Below, piece after piece: positions 36,925 through 47,390 of a stretch of DNA of 64,000 nt. The stretch's first letter is position 1. The number at the start of each line of letters is the position of its first letter. The notes under the pieces are model-generated. The model ran no database searches. It was not told where the DNA came from and saw nothing but the letters and a program-made list of their open reading frames with translations. This stretch comes from Bacteroidia bacterium. Its GTDB lineage: Bacteria; Bacteroidota; Bacteroidia; NS11-12g; UBA955. Location of the stretch: the NCBI GenBank assembly GCA_044377005.1, contig JBILJV010000004.1:7698-71697 (forward strand), read 5' to 3'. Made by a program: the position numbers and the translations under genes.

Positions 36925-37503
36925 ATGAAAAATAATATATTAAAATCCCTGTCGTTAGTTGCGTTATTGTTTGTTTTTAGCCAAACTAATGCTCAAAAAG
37001 TTGGTCATTTAAATTTCCAAAAAGTTATTGAATTATTGCCGGAGTTCCAAACCGCTTCAGATGAATACCAATTATTCCAAGCTTCATTAGAGGACGAATT
37101 AACTCAAATTGAAGTTGAAGCAAAAAAAACACAAAGCTTAATTGAATTGGAACAAAAAAAGCCTCAACCAAGTGCCCCAAGATTAAAGCTTTTGGCCCAA
37201 AAAATGGAAAAATATCAAGTTAGTTATCAAGAATTAAGTCAAACAATTCAAGAAAGTTTGAAAGAAAAATACAATGAACTTATAGATCCCTTGAAAGAAA
37301 AGGTATCTAAAGCTGTAGCAGAAGTTGCAAAGGAAAATGGATATACTCATGTCATTGACAATACTTTTGGTACTTTAATCTATGCGGATGAAAAGTTTGA
37401 TTTAGAGACTTTAGTAAAAACTAAATTAAATATTAAAGACAAACCAGTTGTTCCAGCTACCAATGCACCTGGAGCTATTAATGGGATGGGAACAGGTAGA
37501 TAG
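36925..37503 (+). CDS. OmpH/Skp family periplasmic chaperone (second paralogue)
   Basis: Signal peptide, KVGHLNFQKVIELLPE, coiled-coil arm, and a P/G-rich tail. Confidence 0.8.
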   Translation: MKNNILKSLSLVALLFVFSQTNAQKVGHLNFQKVIELLPEFQTASDEYQLFQASLEDELTQIEVEAKKTQSLIELEQKKPQPSAPRLKLLAQKMEKYQVSYQELSQTIQESLKEKYNELIDPLKEKVSKAVAEVAKENGYTHVIDNTFGTLIYADEKFDLETLVKTKLNIKDKPVVPATNAPGAINGMGTGR

Positions 37504-37520
37504 TTTATTTAAGCTCTAAT

Positions 37521-38345
37521 TTGGATTCAAATTATTCCATTGGTGTTTTTGATTCTGGAGTTGGAGGACTCACTGTTTTTGAAGAAATAGTGAATGCCTT
37601 ACCTCAATATAATTTTATTTATTTAGGAGACAATGCACGAGTACCTTATGGTACTCGTTCTTTTGATACTGTTTACCAATACACACTTGAAGGGGTAACT
37701 AAGTTACATGAATTAGGATGTAGGTTAATAGTTATTGCTTGTAATACTGCATCTGCGAAAGCTTTAAGAACCATACAACAAAATGATTTGTTGAAATTTG
37801 ATCAACCATTTAAGGTGCTTGGTGTTATAAGACCTACCACTGAAGAAATTGGTGGTTTGACAAAAACTAACAAGGTTGGTGTTTTGGCAACCCCTGGAAC
37901 TGTTAATTCACTCTCTTATGTTATAGAACTTAATAAATTATATCCTCAAATTCAGGTTTTTCAAGAAGCTTGTCCTATGTGGGTGCCATTAATTGAAAAT
38001 AATGATTTTAATAACGAGGGGGGGCTGTTTTTTATAAAAAAGAACATACAAAACCTGTTGTCTCAAAGTCATGAAATTGATACAATTGTCCTCGGTTGTA
38101 CTCATTATCCATTGATAATAGATATTATAAAACAAAATATACCAAGTCATATTAAAGTAGTTTCCCAAGGAAACATTGTTGCCAATAGTCTTAAAGATTA
38201 CCTAGTAAGACACAAAGAAATTGAAATAATTTTACAAAAAGAAGGTAAAAGGTTGTTTCTAACAACAGAAGAACCAAGTTTATTTGACGAAAAGGCAAAA
38301 TTATTTGTTAAAAGCCAGATAAATAGTCAGATGGTTGAAATTTAA
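37521..38345 (+). CDS. murI: glutamate racemase
   Basis: Contains GVFDSGVGGLTV, VIACNTASA (Cys 1) and LGCTHYPL (Cys 2). TTG start. Confidence 0.93.
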   Translation: MDSNYSIGVFDSGVGGLTVFEEIVNALPQYNFIYLGDNARVPYGTRSFDTVYQYTLEGVTKLHELGCRLIVIACNTASAKALRTIQQNDLLKFDQPFKVLGVIRPTTEEIGGLTKTNKVGVLATPGTVNSLSYVIELNKLYPQIQVFQEACPMWVPLIENNDFNNEGGLFFIKKNIQNLLSQSHEIDTIVLGCTHYPLIIDIIKQNIPSHIKVVSQGNIVANSLKDYLVRHKEIEIILQKEGKRLFLTTEEPSLFDEKAKLFVKSQINSQMVEI

Positions 38346-38561
38346 TTAGCTGATTTACAATAGTTAAATAAAAAACAATTGCCTAATTGCAGCAATACAA
38401 GTTTTATTTTCGTCAAAAAAGGTATAACTGAAAAATTGATGTTGTTTTTATCCTTTTTAAAGTGTGTGTTTAAAAGTATTGTTAAGGGGTGGGCTGTTTT
38501 TTTTGTTTTGATTATTTTGAATCTAGTGTTAATTTGCTCGAGTTTATAAGTCCACCCATTA

Positions 38562-39515
38562 ATGATACAAAAAACTAAAATATCGATTATTGATGATTTT
38601 CACCCTGTCTTTTTACAACAACTTAATCCATATTTTGAAGTAGATTATCAGCCATCTATTGAAAAAAAAGACATCTTAAGCCAAGTATACAACTCCGAAA
38701 TAATCGCAGTAAGAAGTAAAATTAATTTTGATGAATCTATTATTAAATTATTGCCTAATTTAAAATGTATTGCGCGAGGGGGGGCAGGAATGGATAATAT
38801 TGATGAGGAATATGCATGCAAAAGAGGAATTATTCTTTTAAATGCACCTGAAGGAAATAGAAATACAGTTGCAGAACATTGTATAGGATTGCTCATTGGA
38901 TTAAGCAAGAATATAGTTAAAGGACATCAGAATGTAGTTGACTTAAATTGGGACAGAGAAGGTAATAGGGGTTGGGAAATTAAAGGGAAAAAAATAGGAA
39001 TTATAGGATATGGAAATACTGGATCATCTTTTGCCAGAAAATTATCTGGATTCGATTGCGAGGTTTTGGTTTACGACAAATATAAGTCCGTAAAATCAAA
39101 TGGTTATATTAAAAATGTCGATTTGGAAACGTTGAAAAAAGAAAGTGATGTAATAAGTTTACATATTCCTTTGACAAAAGAAACCAATCAAATGATTGAT
39201 CTTTTATTTATAGAAGGCTTAAAACAAGGAGTTGTTTTGATAAATACGAGTAGAGGAAATGTCGTAAATCAAGCTTCTGTATTAAATTGGATAAAAAGTG
39301 GAAAAATAAAACAGTATGCTACAGACGTACTTGAAAATGAAAATTTAAAGTCATTTACAGCCTATGAAATGGATTTATTTAAAAGTTTGTTAGCTACAAA
39401 TCAGGTGATTATAACTCCGCATGTTGCTGGTTGGAGTCATGAAAGCTATTTTAATATTGCGGATGTATTGTCGAAAAAACTGATTCATTTTTCGTTAAGC
39501 ACAAAAAAAAATTAG
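38562..39515 (+). CDS. D-isomer-specific 2-hydroxyacid dehydrogenase (phosphoglycerate-dehydrogenase-like)
   Basis: GIIGYGNTGSSFARKL NAD-binding fold, NTSRG, and HVAGWS catalytic His context. Confidence 0.85.
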   Translation: MIQKTKISIIDDFHPVFLQQLNPYFEVDYQPSIEKKDILSQVYNSEIIAVRSKINFDESIIKLLPNLKCIARGGAGMDNIDEEYACKRGIILLNAPEGNRNTVAEHCIGLLIGLSKNIVKGHQNVVDLNWDREGNRGWEIKGKKIGIIGYGNTGSSFARKLSGFDCEVLVYDKYKSVKSNGYIKNVDLETLKKESDVISLHIPLTKETNQMIDLLFIEGLKQGVVLINTSRGNVVNQASVLNWIKSGKIKQYATDVLENENLKSFTAYEMDLFKSLLATNQVIITPHVAGWSHESYFNIADVLSKKLIHFSLSTKKN

Positions 39516-39594
39516 TTAAAAGTTGAAATAAAGAAAAAAAACTATGAAATTGCCTCGCTTTTTGAGATTAAAAAATTGTTATTTTAAAATAAAT

Positions 39595-42500
39595 ATGAAG
39601 AATAAGTTTACTATCCAATCCCTGTTAATGTTTTTTATGACATTTGGATTTGCCATGATGATGAATGCGCAAACAAACATGGGTTTTATCAGGGGCGTTG
39701 TCGAAAAGAACAATGAACCAATGTCTAACGCAATTATTGTGTTGAAAAATTCAAATGGTGAGGAAATTAAGAAAGTTAGAACTGAAAAAAATGGGTCTTT
39801 TACTTTCATTAACCTTGAGCCAGGATTGTACAATATGAAAATTGAAGGAGATGGCATCCGTTTTGAATCCAAAGAAATTGACGACATTAATGTTACGACA
39901 GAAGGTAAGGTGCTTACACTTGAAGTTGAAGAAAAAGTTGTTCAAGTAGGTCAAGGAGAAAAAACCAAAAAAACAGACAAACAACAAAAAACCAAATTGG
40001 AACAAACTTCAACAACTGCAACAGTTAGTGGAGACCAAATACAACAAACAGGTTTTAGAGGTGCAACTTCAATGGCTCAGTTCCAGTCCGGTGTAACAAA
40101 CACCAGAGGTGGATTGAGTGGTAGAGGTGCTCGTACAGATGGAACAGCTGTTTTCGTTGATGGTGTTCGTGTTAACAACTCAAACATTAACCAAGGGATG
40201 AATGGTCAAGTTGACATTATGCAAGCGGGTATTCCTGCGCAATATGGTGACTTTACAGGATTGGGAATTTCAATTACCACTAAAGGAGGTGTTTCTTCAC
40301 GTAAAGTTGGAAGTTTTGAAGCTCGTTCAACTAGTATGTTCAATGCTTACCATCACAATTTGTTTGAAGCATTTTACGCTACACCAATTTTATGGAAAGA
40401 AAATCCAAGATACAAAACAGGAGAAAGTGATGTAAAGCGTATTCCAATTGCTGCTGTAAATTTATCTGGAAACTTTAATTACAATAGAGAACCAAGTCCA
40501 TCATACATTGGTTATTATGTAATTAAAGATGATCGTTTAGCTGAAATTGAAAGAAATCCTTTAAGAGTTAATACAGATGGAGGTTTGGTTCACAATGCAA
40601 ACTATTTAAATGAAAATGATTATGATAATGTTAAAGTGAGACCAAATGTTTATTCATTATCATCTTCTGCGCAAGCAAAATTCGATTTTAGATTGTCTGA
40701 TTTAGCAACCTTAACAGCTTTTGGTAACTTTGTTTATTCTAAGGGCGTAAATGGAGGTAATAATATAATGGCTTACAAAGACAATCCATTAAGCACTAAT
40801 TTATATACTTTAGGTTATGTCAAATACACACAAAACTTTAAAGGTCCAGACTCAGCTAGAAAGGCAGATAATGTGACATTAAATAACACTTATTTTACGG
40901 TTCGTTTTGACTACCAATCTACTTGGGCTAAAAACATGGACAACATTCACAGAGATGATATTTTTAGTTACGGATACATTGGAAGATTTGTTCATTACCC
41001 AACTGAATTTTTCAGTTACTATGGTAATTTAAATAATCCAAATGCACCTGCAAGAAAATTAGTAGACCAAAATGGAGATACTGTGTATTTAAGAAATTTT
41101 TGGGAACAAACTGGATATAGAGATACCTCAATTAAATTCCAACAAGCGAATATTAATACTGTAAGAGGAAATTATACCAATGCATTATTTAATAGATTTA
41201 ATGAATTAGGTGCAAATGTTACATTTGACCAACAAATTTTACAACAACAAGGTTTGTTAAATGGTTACAATCCAAACAATATTTATTCATTGTGGAATTC
41301 TCCAGGTACACAATTGTCTGGTTATGGAAAATCACAAAGAGAAACTTACACTTTCTTTGCTATGGGTGAAACTGAAGTTAAAGGTCCTCAAAATAGCAGT
41401 AAAAAAGCTTCATCAGGTCATAAACTGCAATTTGGTTTAACCTATGAGCAAAACGTAACTAGAGCATTCTCTGTTGGAGCAAATAATTTATGGAGATTAA
41501 TGTATCAATATGCGAATAGTCACATTGCAGAACTTGATAGAAAAAATCCAATTTTATCATACGATGCAAATGGCGTTTTCCAAGACACAGTTAGGTACAA
41601 TCGTTTGGTGAATAAAGAGGCTCAATCACAATTTGATAGAGAATTTAGACAAAGTTTAATCAATAAAAATGCGAAAGATGTTTATGGAAATCCAATAACA
41701 GAAACTACTTTCCTAGATATCAATTCTTATGCACCATCTGATTTTAAACTATCTATGTTTAGTGCTGACGAATTATTGAACAATGGTAGTGGAGTTGTTT
41801 CATATTATGGCTATGACCATTTAGGAAATAAATTAAGAGGAAGACCGAGTGTAAACGACTTTTTAGATGATAAAAACAAACGTTCAATTGGAGCATTCAA
41901 TCCTATTTATACAGCTGCATGGTTCCAAGATCAATTCTTCTTTAAAGATTTAGAATTTAGACTTGGTTTAAGATTAGAGCGTTATGATGCAAACCAATTG
42001 GTGTTAAAAGATCCATATTCATTATATCCAATTCAACAAAAAGGTGAAGTGAAAGAATTAGATGGTAATGTGATCACTCACCCAGAAAATATTGGAGATG
42101 ATTATGCAGTTTATGTTGATGATGTAAACAATCCAAGAAAAATATTAGGTTACAGAAAAGACAATAACTGGTACGACGAAAATGGAACTTTATTGTCTTC
42201 TCCTGATTTAATTGCTAATAGAACCAATAATGGTAAAGTTGCTCCATTGTTAGTTGATCCAACTAGACAAGAAGTAACAAGGGAGTCATTCAAAGATTTT
42301 CAACCTAAAGTAAATATTTTACCACGTATTTTCTTCAAATTCCCATTAAATCCTAAAAGTTTATTCTTTGCAAGTTATGACGTATTGGCTCAAAGACCAG
42401 GCGCAAACTTTGCAACTATTGATGACTATGTTTTCTTAACACAAAAAGCAACTAACTCATTAAACAACCCTGCTTTAGGATCACGTATTACTACAGATTA

Positions 42501-43398
42501 TCAAATTGGTTTTAAACAACAATTGTCTCCAACAACATTATTTGGATTCACTTCATACTATAGAGAAACTAAAAATGATATTTCTGCATTCCAATTTAAC
42601 AATGCATATCCTATTACTTACATCAGTTTCAATAACTTAGATTTTAGTACTGTAAAAGGATTGATTTTAGAGGTAGATTACAAAGCTCAAAACAATATGA
42701 GTTTAGGTGGTAACTACACATTGCAATTTGCTGATGGAACAGGTTCTAATATTAACTCACAAAGAGCCTTAATCGCTAGTAACCAACCAAATTTAAGAAG
42801 TTTGTTCCCTATGGGAGAGTTAGATATTCGTCATCAATTTAAAGGCGTCTTTAACTGGTCATTTTTTGATGGCAAAGGAACAACTCCAAAAGAAAGAGCT
42901 AAACGTAAATATTTAGGACCAGTAATTGGAAAAACAAAAGTATTAAGTAATACAAATATTAACTTAACATTTACCGCAGTTTCTGGTTTACCATACACTG
43001 CAACATTACAACCCGTTCAATTGGGTTCTGCCAACCGTTCTCCAATAAAAGGAACTCCATTCGGGTCAAGATTACCATGGCAATTTAACTCAAACTTAAA
43101 TATTCAAAAAGATGTGCCATTATCTTGGACAAATAAAGAAGGTAAGAAAAAAGGAGCTAGTTTGCAAGTGTACTTATTTGTAACGAATTTGTTAAATACA
43201 AGAAACGTATTCTCGGTTAACACTTACACAGGTTCTGCTGAAGATGATGGATTCTTAAATTCACCTCAAGGACAACAAGCATTACAAAATCAATTAAACG
43301 CAGCAGCATATACATTCTATTACAATGCATCTGTTAATAGTCCTTTCAATTACCAAGCTCCTAGAATGATGTATTTAGGAACTAGATTTATGTTTTAA
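39595..43398 (+). CDS. oversized TonB-dependent-receptor-like outer-membrane protein with N-terminal CarboxypepD_reg-like domain
   Basis: Signal peptide MKNKFTIQSLLMFFMTFGFAMMMNAQ (the track start at 39544 is less likely). Beta-sandwich GFIRGVV..GSFTFINLEPGLYNMKI, plug-like LSGRGARTDGTAVFVDGVRV...GIPAQYGDFTGLGISITTKGG, then about 1000 aa of barrel ending YLGTRFMF. Confidence 0.7.
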   Translation: MKNKFTIQSLLMFFMTFGFAMMMNAQTNMGFIRGVVEKNNEPMSNAIIVLKNSNGEEIKKVRTEKNGSFTFINLEPGLYNMKIEGDGIRFESKEIDDINVTTEGKVLTLEVEEKVVQVGQGEKTKKTDKQQKTKLEQTSTTATVSGDQIQQTGFRGATSMAQFQSGVTNTRGGLSGRGARTDGTAVFVDGVRVNNSNINQGMNGQVDIMQAGIPAQYGDFTGLGISITTKGGVSSRKVGSFEARSTSMFNAYHHNLFEAFYATPILWKENPRYKTGESDVKRIPIAAVNLSGNFNYNREPSPSYIGYYVIKDDRLAEIERNPLRVNTDGGLVHNANYLNENDYDNVKVRPNVYSLSSSAQAKFDFRLSDLATLTAFGNFVYSKGVNGGNNIMAYKDNPLSTNLYTLGYVKYTQNFKGPDSARKADNVTLNNTYFTVRFDYQSTWAKNMDNIHRDDIFSYGYIGRFVHYPTEFFSYYGNLNNPNAPARKLVDQNGDTVYLRNFWEQTGYRDTSIKFQQANINTVRGNYTNALFNRFNELGANVTFDQQILQQQGLLNGYNPNNIYSLWNSPGTQLSGYGKSQRETYTFFAMGETEVKGPQNSSKKASSGHKLQFGLTYEQNVTRAFSVGANNLWRLMYQYANSHIAELDRKNPILSYDANGVFQDTVRYNRLVNKEAQSQFDREFRQSLINKNAKDVYGNPITETTFLDINSYAPSDFKLSMFSADELLNNGSGVVSYYGYDHLGNKLRGRPSVNDFLDDKNKRSIGAFNPIYTAAWFQDQFFFKDLEFRLGLRLERYDANQLVLKDPYSLYPIQQKGEVKELDGNVITHPENIGDDYAVYVDDVNNPRKILGYRKDNNWYDENGTLLSSPDLIANRTNNGKVAPLLVDPTRQEVTRESFKDFQPKVNILPRIFFKFPLNPKSLFFASYDVLAQRPGANFATIDDYVFLTQKATNSLNNPALGSRITTDYQIGFKQQLSPTTLFGFTSYYRETKNDISAFQFNNAYPITYISFNNLDFSTVKGLILEVDYKAQNNMSLGGNYTLQFADGTGSNINSQRALIASNQPNLRSLFPMGELDIRHQFKGVFNWSFFDGKGTTPKERAKRKYLGPVIGKTKVLSNTNINLTFTAVSGLPYTATLQPVQLGSANRSPIKGTPFGSRLPWQFNSNLNIQKDVPLSWTNKEGKKKGASLQVYLFVTNLLNTRNVFSVNTYTGSAEDDGFLNSPQGQQALQNQLNAAAYTFYYNASVNSPFNYQAPRMMYLGTRFMF

Positions 43399-43421
43399 TT
43401 AAAAAAGAAAAAAAAGTTATT

Positions 43422-46400
43422 ATGAAAAGTGTTTTTATAAAATTAAAAGTTGTGGCCGTATTAATGTCTGTTTCGCAGATATTATCGGGGGCTGAAATTA
43501 AAAATTTCAATTCAACGACCAATGGAAACGGTCATTCACAAAAAAATAGCAATGGTTTTGCTGAATTTGCAAACAATTGTAAAGCCGCTTCACAAAGTGC
43601 AGATTTAGATGTTAACAATGTTAGAACCCGTATTTTAAACGGAGGAGACATGTGGTGGGATTTAAACAACCCTAAATATGAAATACCTAAAGTGTCTGAT
43701 GCAAATAGTGTTAGAAAACACTCTTTGTTTGCTGGTGCTTTATGGATAGGTGGATTAGGTAGAGGTGATGGTAATTTAAGAATGGCTGCTATGACTTACA
43801 GACAAAGAGGAAACGATTTTTGGCCAGGTACCTTAGACCAAAGTTCTGTAAGTACTGATGCATCTCGTTGTGAATCTTGGGACAAAATGTTTAAAGTAAC
43901 CAGAGATGAGTTGTTGAGACAACAAACTTCAGGATTTACAGATTTATCAAAAGGGATTTTAGAATGGCCAGCTTATGGTAATCCTAATATTCCGTTTGCA
44001 ACGAATCAAACAACAGATTTAGCTCCTTTCTTTGATTTAGATGGAGATGGTTTTTATGACCCAACTAAAGGTGATTATCCAATTTTAGATCCTACCAGAG
44101 ACAATGATAAAAACTTACCGAAAGATCAACCAGATCAAATGATTTGGTTTGTATATAATGATAGAGGAAATGTTCACTCTGAAACAGGTGGTATCCCAAT
44201 TGGTTTGGAAATCCAAACAACAGCTTTTGCTTTCCAAACAAATGATGAAGTAAATAATATGACATTCTACCGATCTAAAGTAGTTAATAGAGGTTTTGAG
44301 GCTTTAGATAAAACATATTTTGGTCAATGGGTGGATGCGGATTTAGGAAATTATGCCGATGATTATGTTGGATGTGATGTAGGTAGAAGTTTAGGCTATT
44401 GCTATAACGGTGATGACAATGACGAGGGTGTACTTGGATATGGTTTAAATCCTCCTAGTATCGGTGTCGATTTCTTTGAAGGTCCATTGGATTCAGCAGG
44501 AAACGAACTTGGAATGGGTGCTTTTGTTTATTATGACAATAACTTTAATCCGGTAAATGGTAATCCTAATAACGCTATTGATTTTTACAATTACTTACAA
44601 GGTAATTGGATGAATGCTGTTTGTATGAAATATGGTGGAAACGGAGTAAACGGAACCGTTTGTACTAAATACATGTTTGATAATGGTACAAATACAGCAA
44701 CTGCAACTTTACCAGCATGGACAGAAAAATCTTCAGGTAATCAACCAGCAGACAGACGTTTCTTACAATCAGCAGGACCATTTACTTTGTTTAATGGTGC
44801 CGTTAACTATGTAACAGTAGGTGTTGTTTGGGCAAGAGCAACATCAGGTGGAGCAACAGGGTCACTTAGTTTGTTAAAATTGGCAAGTGATAAAGCTCAA
44901 CAATTGTTTAATAATAAATTCGATTTACCTGATGGTCCAGAACCACCGGCTGTAGAAGTTCAAGAATTAAACAATGAACTAGTTATGAAATTGTTCAATA
45001 CAGATTTGCCTGAAAACTATTTTGAAGCAATCAAAAATGAATTAGGTCAAACGATTGAATACAAATTCCAAGGTTATTTGTTATACCAATTGAAAGATGG
45101 TACTGTTTCAAATACAGAATTAGACAACATAGAAAGAGCAAGATTAATTTACCAATGCGATGTAAAAGATGGTATTTCTTCATTAATTAATAGAGAATTT
45201 GATGCTTCTGTATCTGCTAAAATCCCTAAATTAAAAGTTGATGGCTTAAACCAAGGAGTTCAAAGAACATTAAGTATCAAAGAAGATGCATTTGCTTCAG
45301 GTTCAAACAAAACGCTTGTAAATTTTAAAAACTATTATTATCTAATGGTGGCTTATGGATATCCTTCTAATGACCCAAATAAAGAAGAAGATGTTCAATT
45401 CTTGCCTGGAAGAAATACAGCTAAATTTACAGCTTATCCAAGAAATACTTCACCAGAAAATGGTGGAAGTATGCAGCAAGCATTATATGGAGATGGTCCT
45501 ATTTTGAAACAAATAAATGGTCAAGGTAATGGGGGGCAAATTATAGAATTTAGCAAAGAGACTATTGATGCTATTTTAAGTAGTTCAACCAACAAGGTAG
45601 ATGAGCCTGTTTATTTAGGAGGAAGAGGTCCTGTAAATATTAAAGTTGTAGATCCAATGAAAGTGCCTAACGCTAATTTTGAATTTAGATTTATAGAACC
45701 TAGAGAGGTAAGAGTAAATTCAAGAGGTACTGGTTCAAATAAATATCAAGATTCAATCGCTGCAGGAAGTTATTGGATGCTAATAAACACAACTTCTAAT
45801 GATACTGTTTACTCTGAAGGAACTATTGCTACAAAAATAGAAACTATTCAAGGAAGAGACTCAATAGCAGGTGGCAAAAAGAACGGTCCAAAAGTTAAAT
45901 TAACCAATAGTTTAAAAGATTGGGGATTGGCTGTTGAGATTGTTCAAGTACCAAGCCCAGGTAGAAATCCATACGGGGAACCTTCTAATGGATTTTTGAA
46001 TTATACTGTCAAATTTGCTGACGAAAATAAACAATGGTTAACAGCAGTATTTGATGTAGATGGAGATAATTCTCCATTGAACTGGATTCGTTCAGGTACA
46101 AATGGCTTATCAGCAACATTCGATTCATATTCACATGATTTTAATGCTGATTTTGATCCAAACCATACAGGAAATGATTCTTATGACCCTTATGAAGTTT
46201 TTGAAAAAATATGGGATGGTAGAATAGCTCCATACGCACTAACAGCTAGAGCTTTAGGTCCAAAACCTTCAGGAACAGGTGCTGGTACTATATTATATAG
46301 CCCTGCATTTGCAAACTCCACAGTTGCTGATAACCCAATGACTGAATTGGCAAGTATTAAACTTGTATTAACCCCTGATGTAAGAAAATGGACTCGTTGT

Positions 46401-47366
46401 GTAGTTGTTGAAATGGGAGAAGACGTTGTATTAACACAAGGTTCAACCCCTAAGTTTAACCTAAGAGCTGCTAATTCTAAAAAACCTATTTACAATAATT
46501 CAGATGGTAGCTTGATCCGTTGGGAAGAAGATCCTTCAGAAACAGGAAGAAGTTATTTCCCTGGATATGCGGTGAATTTAGAAACTGGTGAAAGATTAAA
46601 TATCATCTTTGGAGAAGATTCTTACGTTCCTTCTGAAAATGGTAATGATATGATTTGGAATCCTACAAGTGTTCAGTCTAATGGAACTTATGTATCATTT
46701 GGAGGTAAACATTTTATCTACGTAATGGGAAGTTACCAAGGGATGAATACCAGAGGATATAGAGGTCCAATCTATGATGAAGGTGTTGAATATAAGAATT
46801 TATTAACTTCAGGTGGTTTCGACAAAAGAAGAGTATTCTCTCAAGCTATGTGGGTTATTCCTGCTTTAGCAGAAAGAGGGTACAATCTGAAAAATGGTGT
46901 TCCTCCAACTCAAGTTGATATTTCAATTAACATGAGAAAACCATTCACTAAGAAAGCATCAGAAATTGGCGATTCAACTAAATTGCCAGGTTACACATTC
47001 TCAACTGAAAGTATTTTCAATAATATCAATGAAACTACAGGTAAAAATGCAGTTAATATGATCAATATTGTACCTAATCCATATTATGCAACCTCTGCAT
47101 ACGAATCAAGTGCAATTGATTCACGTGTTAAAATCACTAATCTTCCACCTAAAGCAACTATTTCTGTATATACATTAAATGGCGCTTTGGTTAGAAGAAT
47201 TAAAAAAGATGACAATGAAACATTTGTTGATTGGGATTTGAAAAATAATAATAGAGTGCCAATAGCAAGTGGATTTTATATCATTCACGTTGATTGTGGT
47301 GATTTAGGAGAAAAAATATTAAAATGGTATGGCGTTATGCGTCAATTAGATTTGGATACATATTAA
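43422..47366 (+). CDS. 1314-aa secreted protein of unknown family with T9SS-CTD-like C-terminal domain
   Basis: N-terminal signal-like segment. DxDGDG-type motifs (FFDLDGDGFYDP at nt 44034-44051; VFDVDGDNSP). The last ~100 aa, NIVPNPYYATS...ISVYTLNGALVRRI...ASGFYIIHVD...KILKWYGVMRQLDLDTY, resemble a type-A CTD. There is a 23-nt gap to the upstream gene. Confidence 0.6.
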   Translation: MKSVFIKLKVVAVLMSVSQILSGAEIKNFNSTTNGNGHSQKNSNGFAEFANNCKAASQSADLDVNNVRTRILNGGDMWWDLNNPKYEIPKVSDANSVRKHSLFAGALWIGGLGRGDGNLRMAAMTYRQRGNDFWPGTLDQSSVSTDASRCESWDKMFKVTRDELLRQQTSGFTDLSKGILEWPAYGNPNIPFATNQTTDLAPFFDLDGDGFYDPTKGDYPILDPTRDNDKNLPKDQPDQMIWFVYNDRGNVHSETGGIPIGLEIQTTAFAFQTNDEVNNMTFYRSKVVNRGFEALDKTYFGQWVDADLGNYADDYVGCDVGRSLGYCYNGDDNDEGVLGYGLNPPSIGVDFFEGPLDSAGNELGMGAFVYYDNNFNPVNGNPNNAIDFYNYLQGNWMNAVCMKYGGNGVNGTVCTKYMFDNGTNTATATLPAWTEKSSGNQPADRRFLQSAGPFTLFNGAVNYVTVGVVWARATSGGATGSLSLLKLASDKAQQLFNNKFDLPDGPEPPAVEVQELNNELVMKLFNTDLPENYFEAIKNELGQTIEYKFQGYLLYQLKDGTVSNTELDNIERARLIYQCDVKDGISSLINREFDASVSAKIPKLKVDGLNQGVQRTLSIKEDAFASGSNKTLVNFKNYYYLMVAYGYPSNDPNKEEDVQFLPGRNTAKFTAYPRNTSPENGGSMQQALYGDGPILKQINGQGNGGQIIEFSKETIDAILSSSTNKVDEPVYLGGRGPVNIKVVDPMKVPNANFEFRFIEPREVRVNSRGTGSNKYQDSIAAGSYWMLINTTSNDTVYSEGTIATKIETIQGRDSIAGGKKNGPKVKLTNSLKDWGLAVEIVQVPSPGRNPYGEPSNGFLNYTVKFADENKQWLTAVFDVDGDNSPLNWIRSGTNGLSATFDSYSHDFNADFDPNHTGNDSYDPYEVFEKIWDGRIAPYALTARALGPKPSGTGAGTILYSPAFANSTVADNPMTELASIKLVLTPDVRKWTRCVVVEMGEDVVLTQGSTPKFNLRAANSKKPIYNNSDGSLIRWEEDPSETGRSYFPGYAVNLETGERLNIIFGEDSYVPSENGNDMIWNPTSVQSNGTYVSFGGKHFIYVMGSYQGMNTRGYRGPIYDEGVEYKNLLTSGGFDKRRVFSQAMWVIPALAERGYNLKNGVPPTQVDISINMRKPFTKKASEIGDSTKLPGYTFSTESIFNNINETTGKNAVNMINIVPNPYYATSAYESSAIDSRVKITNLPPKATISVYTLNGALVRRIKKDDNETFVDWDLKNNNRVPIASGFYIIHVDCGDLGEKILKWYGVMRQLDLDTY

Positions 47367-47390
47367 TCAATAATTATAGAAATTTTAAGA

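Noticed and set aside
43422-47366. Possibility that the 1314-aa protein is the T9SS sortase PorU, given its size, CTD-like end and a PorV-like gene immediately downstream.
   Set aside because: I could not find the gingipain/C25-type His (xGHG) and Cys (xxCE/N) active-site contexts anywhere in the sequence. The upstream neighbour is a TonB-receptor-like gene rather than gldJ. This is rejected only provisionally, because a Peptidase_C25/PorU HMM search is the decisive test.
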